In this document: positions 38,301 to 54,339 of the stretch, in pieces | Numbering within the stretch: position 1 is the first letter of the stretch | Layout of the letters: the number at the start of each line of letters is the position of its first letter | Assembly: GCA_964016885.1 (NCBI GenBank) | Contig: OZ024740.1 | Coordinates: 189,596,001-189,660,000, forward strand | DNA: 64,000 nucleotides | Direction of reading: 5' to 3' | Source: Eledone cirrhosa | Taxonomy: Eukaryota | Notes under the pieces: model-generated | What the model was told of the DNA's origin: nothing | Databases searched by the model: none | The model's input: only the letters and a program-made list of their open reading frames with translations | Program-made: the position numbers and the translations under genes

Positions 38301-40189
38301 AGCGGATCCATCACTATAATATGCAATGTAGATAATCGCGCTTCGTTTCCTACAATATAAGGTAACCCCTTCAAGTTCCATTCTCCCGTACATCTATGTA
38401 TACTAAGATGTAAATTGAAATGGATCACCCATTATCCAAAGTATTGAAATTTGTTCCAGTTAAAAGCAATTCATTATTATTTCCAATAGTATTTCAATAA
38501 TATATGTTTACTCACGTTTCGTACATGAAAAAAATCTCCATGTATCTTGAATATATATAATTCATTTTATACCCTATTTATTATTCAATATATATCCTTG
38601 TTGCGCTGTTATTCTAAGTTCCATTCGAAAGTACGTCTCTGTCCCTTCTTCTCTTCTCTCATGTTTCTCCCTTTCTCACTCAATACATACACGCATACAC
38701 ACACACATGCACACACACGCACACACACACACACACACACACATGTGGATATGTGGGTGGGTGGGTGTTTGTGAGTGTGTGTATTGATATATATGGTGAA
38801 AAAAAATTGAATGACAAGAGCATTTGGTAAGGCTTTGGTTTTTAATACCTTTTGAGAAATACTATGGATGTCGCACACAACCACGCATTCACACAGCCAT
38901 GCATACACATACAATCACCAACAGGGGTTGGATCAACCTAAATAAATTGCTGTTATTCAAAACTTTCAACAAATTCAATCAGCTTAAACTGAAAATATAA
39001 ATTGACGTAAAGGAGGATCATAAACTACTCACAAATATAAATCAACAACGGAAACATCCCAACATATCCAATGGTATAAATCTGGATTAGCATATTATAT
39101 GGTAGTATACTGAATACTAAAGGCTATCAATTCATATTTCATTGAAATTTCGCACTAAATCGGAAAAAGAAAATATAATAAAGCAGTATTCGTTAGTGAT
39201 TCTCAAACCAATAATAGATCATTTCAAGAAAGTATGAATTAGGTACTCAAATTAATTTACATGACTCGGGAAAGATAGAAGGGATTCATCTTTGTTTGTA
39301 GGCATGTCATACTCACCGAAATATTTTTTTGTCCGTTTAATATCGTTAGTATAGTATTAAAAATCATGCCAATAAGTAAATTTCTATAAATTAAAAATGT
39401 ATTGCCCACATCATTCAAACAGCACTAATTAAAGAACTCAATACAAGGAAGCTGTCAAAACAGCAAAATGTCGTCAATGACAGCGTCGGGTAAAATTTAC
39501 CTCAAAGGATAGAAATCTGTGGCTAGAAGTGTGTTGGCTCACAGAAGAGATAGTAAGAAAAAATAACATTTATATACTCATGAGATTTCAGCCCGATCAT
39601 TATTCTGTAAATTCTAACAGACTTGCGCGTGAAACTCGATATTCAAGATGACTTTGTTTATATTAATTAATTCATTCCTTTTATACACTGTTACTCATTC
39701 AATCTAATTACAACAATTTATTCAAAATTTATTAGCAGCTATTACAACTAAAAGAATATTAAGAATTAGAAAGATCTCTTAGACTGGAACAAAGTCGTAA
39801 ATATATTCGTGTGAGGTATTAATCGGTTGAAATCATTTTCTCGAATCAGTCGCAATACAACTGTGCTGCGTGGTGCTAAATAAATTCAAATTCGATAAGA
39901 CCCGAATTCAAAATAAAATCGTCGTCGGTGTCATTTTCCCCTTATTTCCAAAGTTTCTACAGCCCTATCAATATTTGTAATGTGGAGGGAGAGAAATGAG
40001 TTAGATTCCCACAGAGCTTGATCCTCAAAGATTCTATTTCTGTTGCATAACTGTTGAGAGGATGGAATTCCTGTCCAATTGCAGAGAGATGCAGGCTTGA
40101 TATAATCTCTAAGTATAGGATATAATCTCTAAGTATGTATAAGATATTGTCATCAATGGAAGATGAATTCCTAGACGGCGTATGCACAA

Positions 40190-41090
40190 AAGTGAGATCA
40201 AGGTCGTCCTGATTGTCATCTGAACACTAGGTACTATCTCAAAGAGTTTTCAAAGATTGTTACAGACCCCTTTTTTGGAACACTTCAAAGGGCATGCTTG
40301 CTGGGAACAGCAAGAACACTCCAATACTTCCTGAATAACTGAGGCTACAAGTAGCGGCTTGATGTTATTTGAACAAACTTCGCAGTTAAATAACATCAAT
40401 GACTGAGACTCTTAGCAAATGATAACAATCATAAAAATATGCTACCGATCTCATGCTTGATACCCACGTTCGATAGACTAATGGAACTGCTACAACTGAT
40501 GCTTCTAAGCGTATAAATTTAATGGCGAAATCAAAGGGGCAAGAACAATTAGCATCAAAGTGGGAGCAGAAACCTCTGCATGGCAAATATGTGGCCCTTA
40601 GCAAAGAGGGTGATGTTGACCAGAAGCACACCCATCACTGACAACGTAGCTCAGGGCTTAAAGCAGATCAAACTTACTAATATGGAATTACCAGGCCAAT
40701 GTGATGAGAACAGGATTAAATCCAAAGTGCCGATTCTGCAATGTATGGTTAAAACAGTGGGGCAATTAATCTATGGATGAACAGATTTAGTACCAGTAGA
40801 GTGCAAATCTAGACGTCATTGAGTTGGCCAATATATACAGAGGTTAATATGTCGACATTCTAAAATCAAAGCTACTGAGAATTATTAACCCGAGGCTGTT
40901 ACTGAAGGCGAAGACGTAACGATTCCTTCTAACTTTCCTGTACACACAGACCGGACCAAAAATGCTAATAAAAAAGTAAAAGATCAACAATGTAGGTCTG
41001 TTTATTGATTCATATGATCACAATATCGCGGCAAATGAATTTGAGAAGCTAAGTAAATATAAAGATCTGATTATTGAAATTTACACTCGG
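40190..41090 (+). mobile_element. R4/Dong-like (restriction-like endonuclease) LINE relics, two pieces
   Basis: C-terminal CLLGTARTLQYFL at ~40295; KWEQKPLHGKY, KCRFC, PEAVTEGEDVTI..PVHTDR, NEFEKLSKYKDLIIEI. Confidence 0.8.
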
Positions 41091-42626
41091 CATGTAACGG
41101 AAACAATACTGAAGGAAATGGAAAAAACAATAATGTTGATAATAATAATAAGATGAAGATGAAGATACATGTCTTTGGTTTCAGATTTCATATATATATT
41201 TGATGACACAAAGTCTCACGACTTCATTATTATGTATTATGACATTTATTATATGAAAGGCAAAGTTGATTCCGATGGCATTTGAACTGATGAGATATAA
41301 AAATCACAATGTATGTTTTGTTATTATTTAGCCAAAAAAAAAGCCTTACTCATCAAGGCACACATACAGAAGTACACACACAAAAATACAGAAATACCCA
41401 CACACACGCAGAAACACACACACACACACACACACACATATACGCACACACACACACACACAAACACGTATATATATATTTATATATAAAATACGTCTTT
41501 TATACATGGACATAACAAGTCATGCCCATGTTTTTGTTACAGAGACTATCACACACACATATATATATATATAATGGATTGTTCCATCGATTTTCACCTA
41601 TGAAAATCGAACACCTAGGTTTGTTTTCAATGTTTCATGTTTATGTCGTTTATGAGATTTTAATCTAGCCAATGATTTGCAGATCTGGGCTAAGATTGGA
41701 CATACGCGAGAACTCATATATGCATATGCCAAGCTTATTTAATCCACCACTATCACATCTTTATATTAGGCCTACTGCATTCATCTCAGCGTTATGCAAT
41801 GAATGTTTCTTTATTATAAAATATAGTTGTTTGCAGTTTGTGGGTTACTTTGCTGCAATTTCACATATATTGAATGAATGAGTAGACCTCAATTCGTTGG
41901 ATCTACAAGGCGCTTTATTATGTACGTCATTCTACCCATTCTCTTATCCAACGCCATTTTGTTTCTTCTAATAATGGTAGTGATTCCCTCTTTGATCATC
42001 CAAGACAGTAGAAAAAGAACAAAATGAAAAGTAGCTCGCATTGATTATTAACAAGGTCAAACCGAACTTTATGTCGTATTTAGAATCTGAAATCTATAAT
42101 TTTGCATTTTCACAAAAAAAAAAAAAAAATGGAAAAAAATAATAAATAACAAAATAAAATTCTAAATAAATACCTATCTTTACCAAGAAAAAAAACAACA
42201 AAAAAAACGTGTATTAAAAAGCACCCCATGCAGCTATTATTTGAAATTAACTCGTGTTTTTCGATAAAAATAACATTATGCTCATACAGTGATTTAAAAA
42301 AAAATGATCTTTTTCATCTTTCAAACATTGTGTAATTTCAATTTTAAAAGAGAAATATAAAAAAAGAAATATTAAAAAAAATATTACCCTTTATTATATT
42401 TGAGATTCAATCTCAGAACGATAATATGTTCAGTTTCAGCTTTGCATTGATAGTGACATGAATGTGTTGAAGGTATAAGAAAAAATAGACATACAAAAGA
42501 AAATGCAAGTGACATGATGTTGCAAGAAGAGCAGGAAAGAATGAAATACATTACGAGAGTTATAATGTGAGAGACGAGAGAGTGCGGGGACATATTACAT
42601 ACGTAACTTAACTACACACACACACA

Positions 42627-42664
<38 letters not shown>

Positions 42665-44632
42665 GACGGAAAATAGGGAGGGATATGGAGAGAGAGAAAG
42701 TAATTTTGGTTTGGTGTTTTCTGCAAACTAGAAAAAGTATTCAATACATAAATCACTGATCTCAATAACATGTGATGCACAATAAATGCATATATAAATC
42801 CTTACACAATACGTGAACATATAATGAACGCACATGTAGGTCTTCACTGGTATGTTAATCCGTGCTCATGACACATCTACTGCAGGCTCCTGGTAATAGC
42901 TGAGGATTTTACAGTCGTTAAAGTTCGTCAGCCTTTGGGTACCTACGTTCAGATGCTTTTTTCCCTCGATTCTGTAAACAGACTAATTTGTTTATATGTT
43001 CATATATTAAACAGTTAACCTTGGAGTATAAATAAATAAGCTTTCACTAAATATATTTTCTTTTAAATTGTATAAGAATATATTGTCTGGCGTACAACAG
43101 AAACTGTTCGTTAAAAGATCCCACAACTTATTGAGACACCGAGAGGAGGTTTACCACTTCACTTAAGGCAAAAGGATGAAACATTAACAAAATAAGAACA
43201 ATTTATCTGTTCAAGAACATGCAATACTTTGATGGCCCCAGAACATGCAATCTATGAGTCTCAGGGCAGTATATCTTATTACAGCCATTCACAATTTTGA
43301 ATAAAGTGTCGAAATAGGCGGATTTTTACAAACCCTTCTATCGCTGTCTACACGATTGAATAGCAATACTCACAAATATGTTCTCATACATCAATAACAT
43401 AAATCTATTTAGCAACACTAAAATCACATCAATAAGAGTAGCCTTCTCCTGCTTACCTGTGTTTTTTTTTATACATGATATACTGAATATATGAATACAT
43501 ACTATTTGTGCACAGGAATGTATGGAATACCTCGTGTATCCACTAATGGTACATGTAAAGAATTTTCTAGCATTATTTATCAGCGCATATTCAAATAGCA
43601 ATCTAATGTTCCTTAATCTAATCATTGTTCCTTTCCCCTTTACCATCATTTAACCCAACCACCTACGTCATACCACACTGCAGAGGAAATATGCTCTTCT
43701 GAGAAGATATAATAAGACTTAAACATGATCGTTTCTTTGCCTCCCCTACAAAAAATTCAAACACAAGGTCAATTTATTTAAATATCACCCCTCCCCTCCA
43801 CCATATGCAAAACCTAATTAACAGGTATTTATAACACCTCATTCAATGAAGACTGTTTCAATCATAATTTGTATTATTAAAATAATACATAGAAAGAGAT
43901 GGATTATAAATTGAAACTTCGACATTATATACGCATATAAAAATGACAGAAAAAACATCATCTGGTCCAATCTTTTATCAAAATATTTCTTATACCTCAG
44001 TCATAATTACTTTTGTAAATCACATCAAATCTACAAATTCTTTACAAACACAAGGAACAGGGATTATTGAAACACAAACAGAAACAGGTCTATTTCAGTC
44101 TGGAGTAGCCGTCTTCACAGTGTAGAGTGCTTTAACAAAATATTTATTTTATTCTCTAATTGACACAAATAAATGAAACCTTATTTTAAAATATGTTGTC
44201 TTCAAGAAAATATACCTATCTGTGTCACTCATATATATATATGAACATTATATATATATAAGAGAACATTAGTCTACGACATCTTTTATACCATAAACAT
44301 GGTTTTGTCTTTGCGCGTAATTGTTTTTCACCGCTCCTATTAATGACGTATTATTCGTTTTTTCCCGTTCTTTGCCAGCGAACGTTACCACGAACCAAAG
44401 TATCGTCTTCCTGTCTTCCTCCGGTTGCAACGTTTTTTGAAATATCCAGTTCTGCGTTTACAGATTGACTTTGTTAGTTTCAGAAGATCCCGTTAAGGGT
44501 GAAAGCAGCGGTTCTTTGCTTAAACTTTAATCTGTTATTTTAATAAATATTTGCTCTACGGTTCTTATATATTTGATATATATTTTCCTTATCGAGCCCT
44601 CTTTGGATTTTAGTCTTCAATTTTATTATTAT

Positions 44633-44808
<176 letters not shown>

Positions 44809-45019
44809 TTATATATATATATTTCGTTTCTGAAATTGTTTAGCAAGATTCTTTATATATATTGTTATACTTTAAAATAAGGTTATTTTAAAATATCCAA
44901 TACTAACTTACCTAATAGTATAATTAAATATATAACTCCACTATCCGGGGGCTTCCAACAGTAATGGTTGCATTCTTTAAGGGTATGTCAATATTTATTC
45001 ATAAAACTGCTCTATATTA

Positions 45020-45083
45020 TATTTTATCTGATGAAAGCCACCATAATTTAACTTTGTGTCCTTGAAATATGTATAATGGAATA
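45020..45083 (+). ncRNA. Type I hammerhead, same family as 1586 and 35268
   Basis: tattttat-CTGATGA-aag..ctt-GAAA-tatgta-TA-atggaata; downstream aaatatggttttataaatatagtttc shared with the 1586 copy. Confidence 0.65.
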
Positions 45084-45210
45084 AATATGGTTTTATAAAT
45101 ATAGTTTCCATTTGTTAATATCGTATTTTTACTACAATTATTTGTTGAGTGCTTTATATCAGTTATAAAAATATTTGCTTGTTGTATCCCAACAATTTAA
45201 ATAGAGCTTT

Positions 45211-45292
<82 letters not shown>

Positions 45293-48200
45293 GATAGAGA
45301 GAGGGGAGAGAGAGAAATTTGAATTAAATTAGTAAAACATTGCTGCAACTATTTCTTCATTATTCACCTAGGTGAGGAATTTGACAATATTACGTATACA
45401 AGAAAGACTAGACCAAATCAACAGACATTGATGGTAAATATATGACATAGAGTAAGCCAAATACTCAGGTCTTGATGACGCACTAGTGATTATAATAAGA
45501 TAACTTTTATTAAACATTATATCTTAAACAATCTTGTATAAAGTGAGCTCAGGGATATAATGTTGATCTTTATAGGAACGATGGTGAACTCTACAACGAA
45601 ATATTATTCTAAATATAACATATCCAAGCAAAGTTGAAATCATAATAAATCTGTGGATAGATAGGAAACTTTTGTGAAAATAGGAAATGAATATGACAAG
45701 TAAATCGATTATCAGGACCGAGGGTACTGGCGAACGTAGTGACCAACTGAAGGTTTTAATATATGTTTCCTTCTGGCGTTTATTTTCTGTAGTGAAAGAA
45801 GAGGAACATCAGTGCGGTGAATGGAACGATTAGAAACTCATGCACATTTCTAGTGAATGTCTATTATTACAAACTGACTATCGAACCAATGAACAAACCT
45901 TTGAGCTACAGCATGACCTGCCATAAATAACAGTCAAATGTGTCGTAAAGCCTACCATCTTCTTAATATAAGAGACTCATGTTCGAGAGTGTCGTTTTAG
46001 AAATAACTTGTCGAAGAGAAAGCGGCGAAGTTTGCATGTGCAATACATTTAATAATGGTTTCTGATTTAGGCATAAGGCCAACATTTTGGGGGGAGGTAA
46101 AGTCAATTTTTTTAAATCGACCCCTGTGCGTTAATAGTCTAGTACTGTATCTTATCGACACCGTATGTATGAAAGGCAAAGCTTATCTCGGCGGGATTTT
46201 ACGATTTTACGAGAACGTAAAGTGATATTACTATATGCTACAAAACATGTTGTCCGATGCTATGTATCTAAAAACATATAACAATAACAGGAACGGCAAC
46301 AAGAAACAAAAACGTTAGAGTGACGTGTTATATGGCAATGAAAAAGACGGAATGAATAAGAACTGCTTGATACGTAGAGAGAAATTGAGTGACAGAGAGA
46401 GAGAGAGAGAAGATAACTTTAACTGTAAAGCTAAAATGTCTCTTGTTTCTTTCTGCCTTTCGGTCCCACGTATAGCCAATACAAGCCCGCCATCACTTCC
46501 TTCTTTAAAGAGGCTAACTCGATTGAGTTGTCAATTCAGCAAATCATCTTCGAAATAAATACATATTTATACATGGAGAGATTATTGTTGCCATTCTAGT
46601 TTTCAGTTTGTTGTAGTAGTTATTATTGTTTTTTTTCCGTTATTGGAACTCAATTTGTTGAAAACTAAATAATAGTTTAACTTCCTAGTAACAATACGTT
46701 TCAATCTAAGTTGTTAAATGCGTACGTCTCAGAGTTATTATATGCTTATAACCTTTTGATTTTAATAATCTACGATCTTTTTTAATGCACTATTTATTTA
46801 TTTATTTCGTTCTTTGTATATCTTGTGTGAGAATGTTCAATGAGAAGTTTCATATTTAAAAAACAAAACAAAACATGTCTTTTATAGACTGATTTGACTG
46901 CTATTACTAACAAGATAAGTGGCCACATAGAGTGCCATTTGTTTGCTCTCACCTCCTATATGTTGTGCCGTGCAAATCTTCAGCTCAGCCTTCTGCCTGC
47001 TACTGGTACTATGTAACCCTGCATAACCAGCTTCGGTCGAGTGGTCGGTGACTAAATTGACTCTCTCGCCAGACCAGTATCTAGATTAGAAGGGTAAATG
47101 GAACACCAGCAGCAGAAAAAACACAATAGTTGTTAAAAAGGAGGATGACCGCCTATGAATCAACGGCCATCCACACGATATCTGGGTTAAAATGCCTCAC
47201 AAACCCGCAAATGACCAAGCGTGGTGTCAACAGCTATACCCTTGATATGACCAAAACCGAACAGAAGCGTTGAAAGTTAACCAAGCATGGGTTTTCCAAC
47301 AGGGGTGAGAAGGCCTTGGATTGAATTGGAGTGACATAGTAGAATGTCTAAAGGTTAAATATATGAAAGGAATGTAATTCATGGAAATACACTTGTTAAA
47401 GGACACTTTTTTTTTCAATTTAATTTCTTATTCGATAGATAATGATTTGCGGGTTTAAATAGATTATAGCGTTTGCAGGTCATCGTAAATGAAGGAAATT
47501 AATGTGGCTGATACCCAAGAAGATTGACCAGGATAATATTCATATATTTGTTGAGGGTTGATTGGTATTGATCAAGTAAACTGAAATTCTCTGTTCTAAA
47601 GTGGTAATAAACATTTGAGAGACAGACAACGTTAGTTTCATTAGTTGGCTACAAATACATATAAATATGATTCATAATTCTGATCTTTATCACCATTAAC
47701 ATAATGATCTTTACCAGCTCTTTGATATACAAAGCCGTTTGCTCATATAGATGGTTACTTACACATATACATAGTTGGATATATATACATATACTCATAT
47801 ACGCTTATACATACATACGTACACAAATATATACGTACGCACATACATAAATACATACATACACATATATATCTATAATTTATAGATCTACATATAAACA
47901 GTGATGTCACCGCTTCACTGTTCTTTTAGTATTTGTATGGTGTCACCCGCACACCAAGCAAACCTATTCATTCATATCGACGCCTAGAAATTAATACATA
48001 GTGCGATACATATATACATCCATCCATTCATACATGCATATAAGACACACATACACACATATGTATATTTGTATATATATATATATATTTGTGTGTGTAT
48101 GTTTATGTATATATATATTTATATATATATATACATAAACATACACACACATACCCACACACATACACGCACACATGTAAAAATTCACACATCTATACAT

Positions 48201-48500
48201 ATATAATAAACACTTGAGAGGAGAAAACATTCGTTTCATTTATAGGCTGCAAATACATATAAATATGATTAATAATTATGATCTCTATGGTCATTATCAT
48301 ATTGATCAGTATCAGCTATATAATATACAAAGAGATTTGATTATATATTATATATATATATACATATATATACATATATACACACACATATATATATATA
48401 TATACAGATGTATATATATGTGTAGATGTATATATATATGTATACATATATATATATATTAATGTATATTATTTATATATTATATATATATAACATATAC

Positions 48501-48578
<78 letters not shown>

Positions 48579-49898
48579 GTATATGTTATATATATATATA
48601 TAACATATACATAGATGTACATACATGCATATGCATTGGGTGAGATGCAAGTCTTGACTAGAGAAAGGGTATATTCTTTTGAAAAGTTTTAAATGTATAT
48701 ATTTCACTTCCGAATATACATACATATGTATATATCTTTATATCCTTTATTTATTGTCATCAAATAATATCTGTTTCAATCCAATAATATTCCCAGCAGA
48801 ATACCCATTCATAGTATTTCAAATGTTTATATTATATTGCTAGTTGTTAGCTGTATTAACGACTTTAATCTATTTATAATGTTATTTATTACCCACATTT
48901 CTTGGCTAAGTGTAGACAAGTTAGGGAAAATAACCACTCTGAAGGACGGACATCAAAGCTGCTGTTTAATGAATAACCAGTGAAATCGTTTTCGAGTAAT
49001 GTTTAATATTTACTTACTTGTTTCTTTATATGTTTATTTATTTGCCTATTGGCTATTTTCCATTTCTATCGGTTAAATACACTAGCTGATTTGTTTGCTA
49101 CCCTATTATCCATCTTCCAATTCAACTCACTTTGTCAAAACTGTTGAGCGCAGTTATATCATAAGCGATTCTGAAGTCTGAAATACAAAGATAAACAATC
49201 AGAGAGCGCGTACGTGGTTGTTCAACCTGCTAGGAATAGTTGCCGAAACTCCCGAAAAACCATCTGCTGTACTAAAAAAAGAACAACATTAAGAAAACAA
49301 AGTATTGTTCTACTGTTGACGGTTAGGAAACAAACAGAATCAGCAATACACAGAACGTTGTACTACTGTTAACTTTAAGTATTTTCCCAGAGTTTCCTTT
49401 TATAGCAAGAATATCCTATGTTTTAAGCATTTAAAATATACTCAAATATGATGGTTAAAAAAACAAAAAAGATTTGTAGTATTGCTGCATTTTCATGTTT
49501 GTCATAATTAGATCAATATACAAATTAGTATACTCCGTTGCAAAATGAAACGCTTTTTATCATCAGGGTAACACGAGGAAACATTCCTATGATCTTGTCA
49601 AAAAAATACACATCAGCACACCTGCCGTATATAAGCAAGTTAAATCGTACAATATGTCTGCATCTGTTTTATAAACGAACGCTATAGTCTTCAATCTACG
49701 AGATGTTTGAACCCTTATAGATCCTAATGAACACAAACCAGCTTGTTGTATAAATGTTTCAAAACTTTTATAAAATTTCATTTAATTCCTTAGTTTCCGA
49801 AATATGCGTATTTTTATTATTAAAGTAAAAGCCACCGAAACCATATTCTTGCATGTCACTTAGTTTGCTGCATGAATAATTCATATAAACCCGAGTAG

Positions 49899-49939
<41 letters not shown>

Positions 49940-49944
49940 TACGC

Positions 49945-49993
<49 letters not shown>

Positions 49994-50018
49994 TATATAC
50001 AAATATATATATATACAC

Positions 50019-50066
<48 letters not shown>

Positions 50067-50130
50067 TACGCACACACGTACACACACATACACGCGCACA
50101 CACACACACACACACACACATACACACACG

Positions 50131-50170
<40 letters not shown>

Positions 50171-52814
50171 CACAAGAAAGATTAATGCATTATATATTCC
50201 GTTGTCAGATTACATTACATAAGTTCTAGTTTACAATAATGAGCTTTGCACCTGTTTTAGTATTGTATACAATTCATTAAGAGAATAGGAAAATTGGAGA
50301 AACAGAATTTGTACGCAAATATTTGGGTGTTGAAAATAGCTAGATAATAATTTAGGTAAAAGTTTACATCTTATTTCCTTTCCAGAGTATTATCATGATA
50401 TTAAATAAAACAAAGGAAGAATTACAATTATAATTGAAAACAACGAAATTTAATGAAAACGAATAATTACAAATTAGTGGGAATATCAATCCGCCCACAT
50501 CAATATCTATAAATACACACACCCTCACTCACACACGCGCACACACACACACATATAGATATTTTTCCTTCTTATTTAGTTTCTTTTGCTCCCTAGCCAG
50601 GCCATGTCTGCTACAGACATCTACCACACCTTGATCGGTCTACGTTGCTTCGCACGCCCTCCTTCCATTCCACTGAGGCCCTGACTGGTTTCTTTGTGGA
50701 CGTACCTAGGGCACAACAAAGCAATTTCTATCTTCGTACAGTGATGGAATTCCCTAGAATACTTATCTTAAAAGACACACAATACATTTAAGACATGTTT
50801 AGTATATATTTGTGTGTATCTTTCTCTGTATGCGTATGTTTGTTGGAGTTGTGCATATTTTATTTGATAATGGTGTGTGTGTGTGGGGGGGGGGCATTGG
50901 TGTACTTGTCAGGGTTTTTATATGTAAGTGAGGCTATGTACCTATGGGCGTATATACCATGCGGATGTGTCTAGGTCAGTCTAAGTAGATATATGTATGT
51001 GTGTGTGTTCCGGTCTATGTGCATTTTTATGTGTGGGTTTTTTGTTTATTTTGCGGGTTTACTTGCCGGTATGTGTGTATAAATGGGTCCAGAAAGATGG
51101 ACCGTATCGTGTGATCCAAGCCTAATTCAAGCAACACAGCGACATCACCCCCAGTTACCGTACGGCTTGGGGATGTGTACACCATATAACCACCGAAAAT
51201 GGGTGCAAATGTTCCTGCTCAGATATTCTGGTCTCGCTGATGGTCATATGGCTTTACTTTCAAACACTCTTCAGACCATGCGCATCTATACTCCTATTGT
51301 TGTATTGCTCTCGGTACTCGCAGAGAAAACACAACGAGTTATATCAAATAATTTGTGTAATTTGCGAAACAACCAAAACGCCCCTCCTCGCTGTAGCAGA
51401 ATAACATAAAGTAAGTAAGTAGCAGTCTGTGACCGAGTTTTTAATACCAACGCTGACTGACTGCCCAGGTCAGGTGATTCATATGCAAAAGCAATACGTG
51501 TAAATTGAATAGAAATTTAACAGTCCATACAACAATGAGGTTGTTAGTTCGATTCCCAGTCCATGCAACACCTATCCTGAATAACGCCAATAATGACGAA
51601 AAGGCGGAAAGGGCGCGAGGGATGACTTACTCTCTTCATGTGACAGAAGGAAGGAAATCGACCCTCTGAAATCTATTGTGAAGGGGAAATTTTGTTTCAT
51701 TCTCGTTTTTATTTTTTTACGATTTGTATTATCTGTATATATGTGGGGTGATATAATCGTTTTCGGTAAGCGATGTTCTGCTTTATGAAACATTAGTTTA
51801 TCGTTGTTTGTGTTATGGCCGTATAGTTTATGTGGTTTGTTTCCTTTTGATGGTTTTGTGTTTGTTGTTGCACATGTGGGATTGGTTATTATGGGGATGT
51901 TGTTTGGTGTTTGTGGTGCTTGTTGTAGTATTGAAGATGGGTGTGGTGGTGAGGTCTGGGTAGGTGTTGGCATTAGTTATCTTACGGCTTTATCTATGTT
52001 CTACTTCATTATTTGAGGGCGAATCCGAAGAGGTTTTTGTTTTGCTTTGGCGAAGACGGTTTGCCACTCCTCCTCTTCGTCACAAGTCATATCCACTTAT
52101 GTGACGTCGGATAGTGGCATGTCTGTCACGCACGGTGTTGTTGTTGTTCATGATGTTGGTGTTAGTTCTGTTGTTGCTACAACTGTTGTGTCTTTGGATG
52201 GTTGTCTTGCTGCTCTGTTGTTTGTGATTTAGGTTTTGGCATCATCAATGCCTTAATAATAGTAATAAATAAATCATCAATCTAAGTGTATTTTCATTAG
52301 AATATATATAAAGTGTCTATCCTTTGCAATAATGAAAGGAATCTAATAATATGAGATCAAATAACGAGGAAGTCTACAAATGAGGTTTAAAATAATATGG
52401 TTCACTAGATATAAAAAAAATCAATAACACAGTATATGATATTTATGACCGTCAATGTGTGAGTTTGTGTTGAAAGTTTACATGAGGATATATTTGTGTG
52501 CATGTGTGTGTGTTTGTGTGCATGTGTGTTTGTTTAAAGAATCTAAGCGTATATATAGAAAGAAAGAACGATGGAATGAGACAGGTCATGAGTGCTAATA
52601 TTCGTCTGCTATATCTTTTTAATATATTCACGCAAATGCGGACATTAACATATATACTTACTTGCATACTTACTTATGTAAATGCGTATATAAGTACATA
52701 CATACATACATATATACATACACACATACATATATACATGATGGCTGCCCCCTCGTTATCGTGTATTGCCATTACACGATATAACATTGTTAATAATTAT
52801 CAATTAATGCTATT

Positions 52815-53310
52815 GTGCAATGCCTGTGCGTGAAGATTTTTTTTAAAGTTTGGAAAGACTGTGCACTGAGCCAATCTCACTCTCTGAGCAAAAGTAGTTA
52901 TAACTCGGAAAGAAGAAAAGATCAACATCATTGGCAACTACTGAGCTTTCTCCTAGAAGAATGCCCTAAAAAAGGCTAGGGGTCTTTCACTCCCAGTGGT
53001 TTAACCGTGCAATCGGGTATCCAGCCCGATTATTTCTATGTCCCCGCGCATATACACACATATGAATACAGGTATATACATATATATATACATACCTACA
53101 TATATACATATTTATAAATTTGTTTATATGGCCGTTGACTCTTATGAGTTCTTCCACCCTTTGTCAGGTTTTGTTTTTTGTCCTGCAGGCTGTCCAAAAT
53201 CACCCTCCTCACCACGTAAACTTGGGGTTACAAATTTAGTCGCCGATGACCCGATCATTTGACAGGTTGTACTGGGTTCCATGTTACCAGTAGCACTCAA
53301 GAGTGACCCG
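52815..53310 (-). mobile_element. Repeat family, probably 5' region of an RTE-like retroelement (copy 1)
   Basis: Collinear homology with 61570-61951; both end at the same base next to (CATA)n. Confidence 0.6.
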
Positions 53311-53599
53311 ACATAACATACATACATGTATACATGCATACATACAAGCATACATGCATACACACACATATATTCATAAATTCATAGATATACTTCTCGA
53401 CATAGCTGTTCTGCTTGAGAACATGTCACACGTGGCGGATAGCGATACGTCCAACAGTTATAAGTGTTAGGTACGATGTAAGCGGGCGGCTCGTGCCGGA
53501 AGAATAAGCAAACCTGGAGCAACAGAAACACAATCCTTGGGGTAAGGAGGAGTGGGTGACACTGTTATCTTTCAGGAAAATTTCACAACCCCGAGATGT

Positions 53600-54000
53600 A
53601 GCTACATAGATGTGAGTAAAGGTGTCGTAGGAGTAGAGTCCTCAAACACTACTTGCAGTGGTTCCTGTCAACAGCAACCATCTCCAACTGATCCGACTGG
53701 ATCCCCAAGCGAGACCAGCCATGCTCATGGATGTTATCCTGCTCGGGTGTTCCGCTGGGCGTCCTGCCGTTTGGTTTGGTTGTAAAATTTGTCCTGCGAT
53801 TCTTTCCTGGGACATTGTAGCCACATATCCATGGCATCGGAGCTGTGACCTCTCAATTCGGAGAAGTATTGGCTCTATCTGAATTGACTCTCTGATCTCC
53901 GAGTTATGCTCTCGACCGAGCAACGTTACTCGGAAGACCCTCCGGAGGAACCATATTTCGGCCGCTTGTATTCGCGATCTTATTTAGGTCATTACCCAAG
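53600..54000 (-). mobile_element. RTE-clade LINE ORF 3' end
   Basis: NSEIRESIQIEPILLRIERSQLRCHGYVATMSQERIA..RLGIQSDQLEMVAVDR. Confidence 0.85.
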
Positions 54001-54339
54001 ATTCGTGACAATAGGTAAGTGTGGCTGCATCTAAAACTAACCAACTCTTCGTGGTCCTGCGAAAAGTATCAACTAGTGTCTGGCGCGAATGAGACCAGTA
54101 CAACACTGCATTATGGTCAGAAACAATAAAGACATCGATACCACATCGTCGTTTGTGTGGGATAACACGGGATGCGTTCTGGCATTATGTACAAAGGCCT
54201 ATTCGAAAAATATATTTTTTTCACCCTTCAAAGCTACAAGAACTGGTGATGGGCCTGCAATATATCATGGGAGGTGTGGAATGGATGCACACCAGTTACG
54301 TATCTCGCGACACAAAAGAGAGTCCGACGGGGAGCACAA

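Noticed and set aside
51240-51285. Minus-strand tggt-CTGAAGA...catatg-acca
   Set aside because: GAAA and the cleavage triplet are missing at the required positions
51572-51973. 133-aa Pro/Thr/Asn-rich minus-strand ORF
   Set aside because: Low-complexity GT-rich sequence with no domain motif or splice evidence
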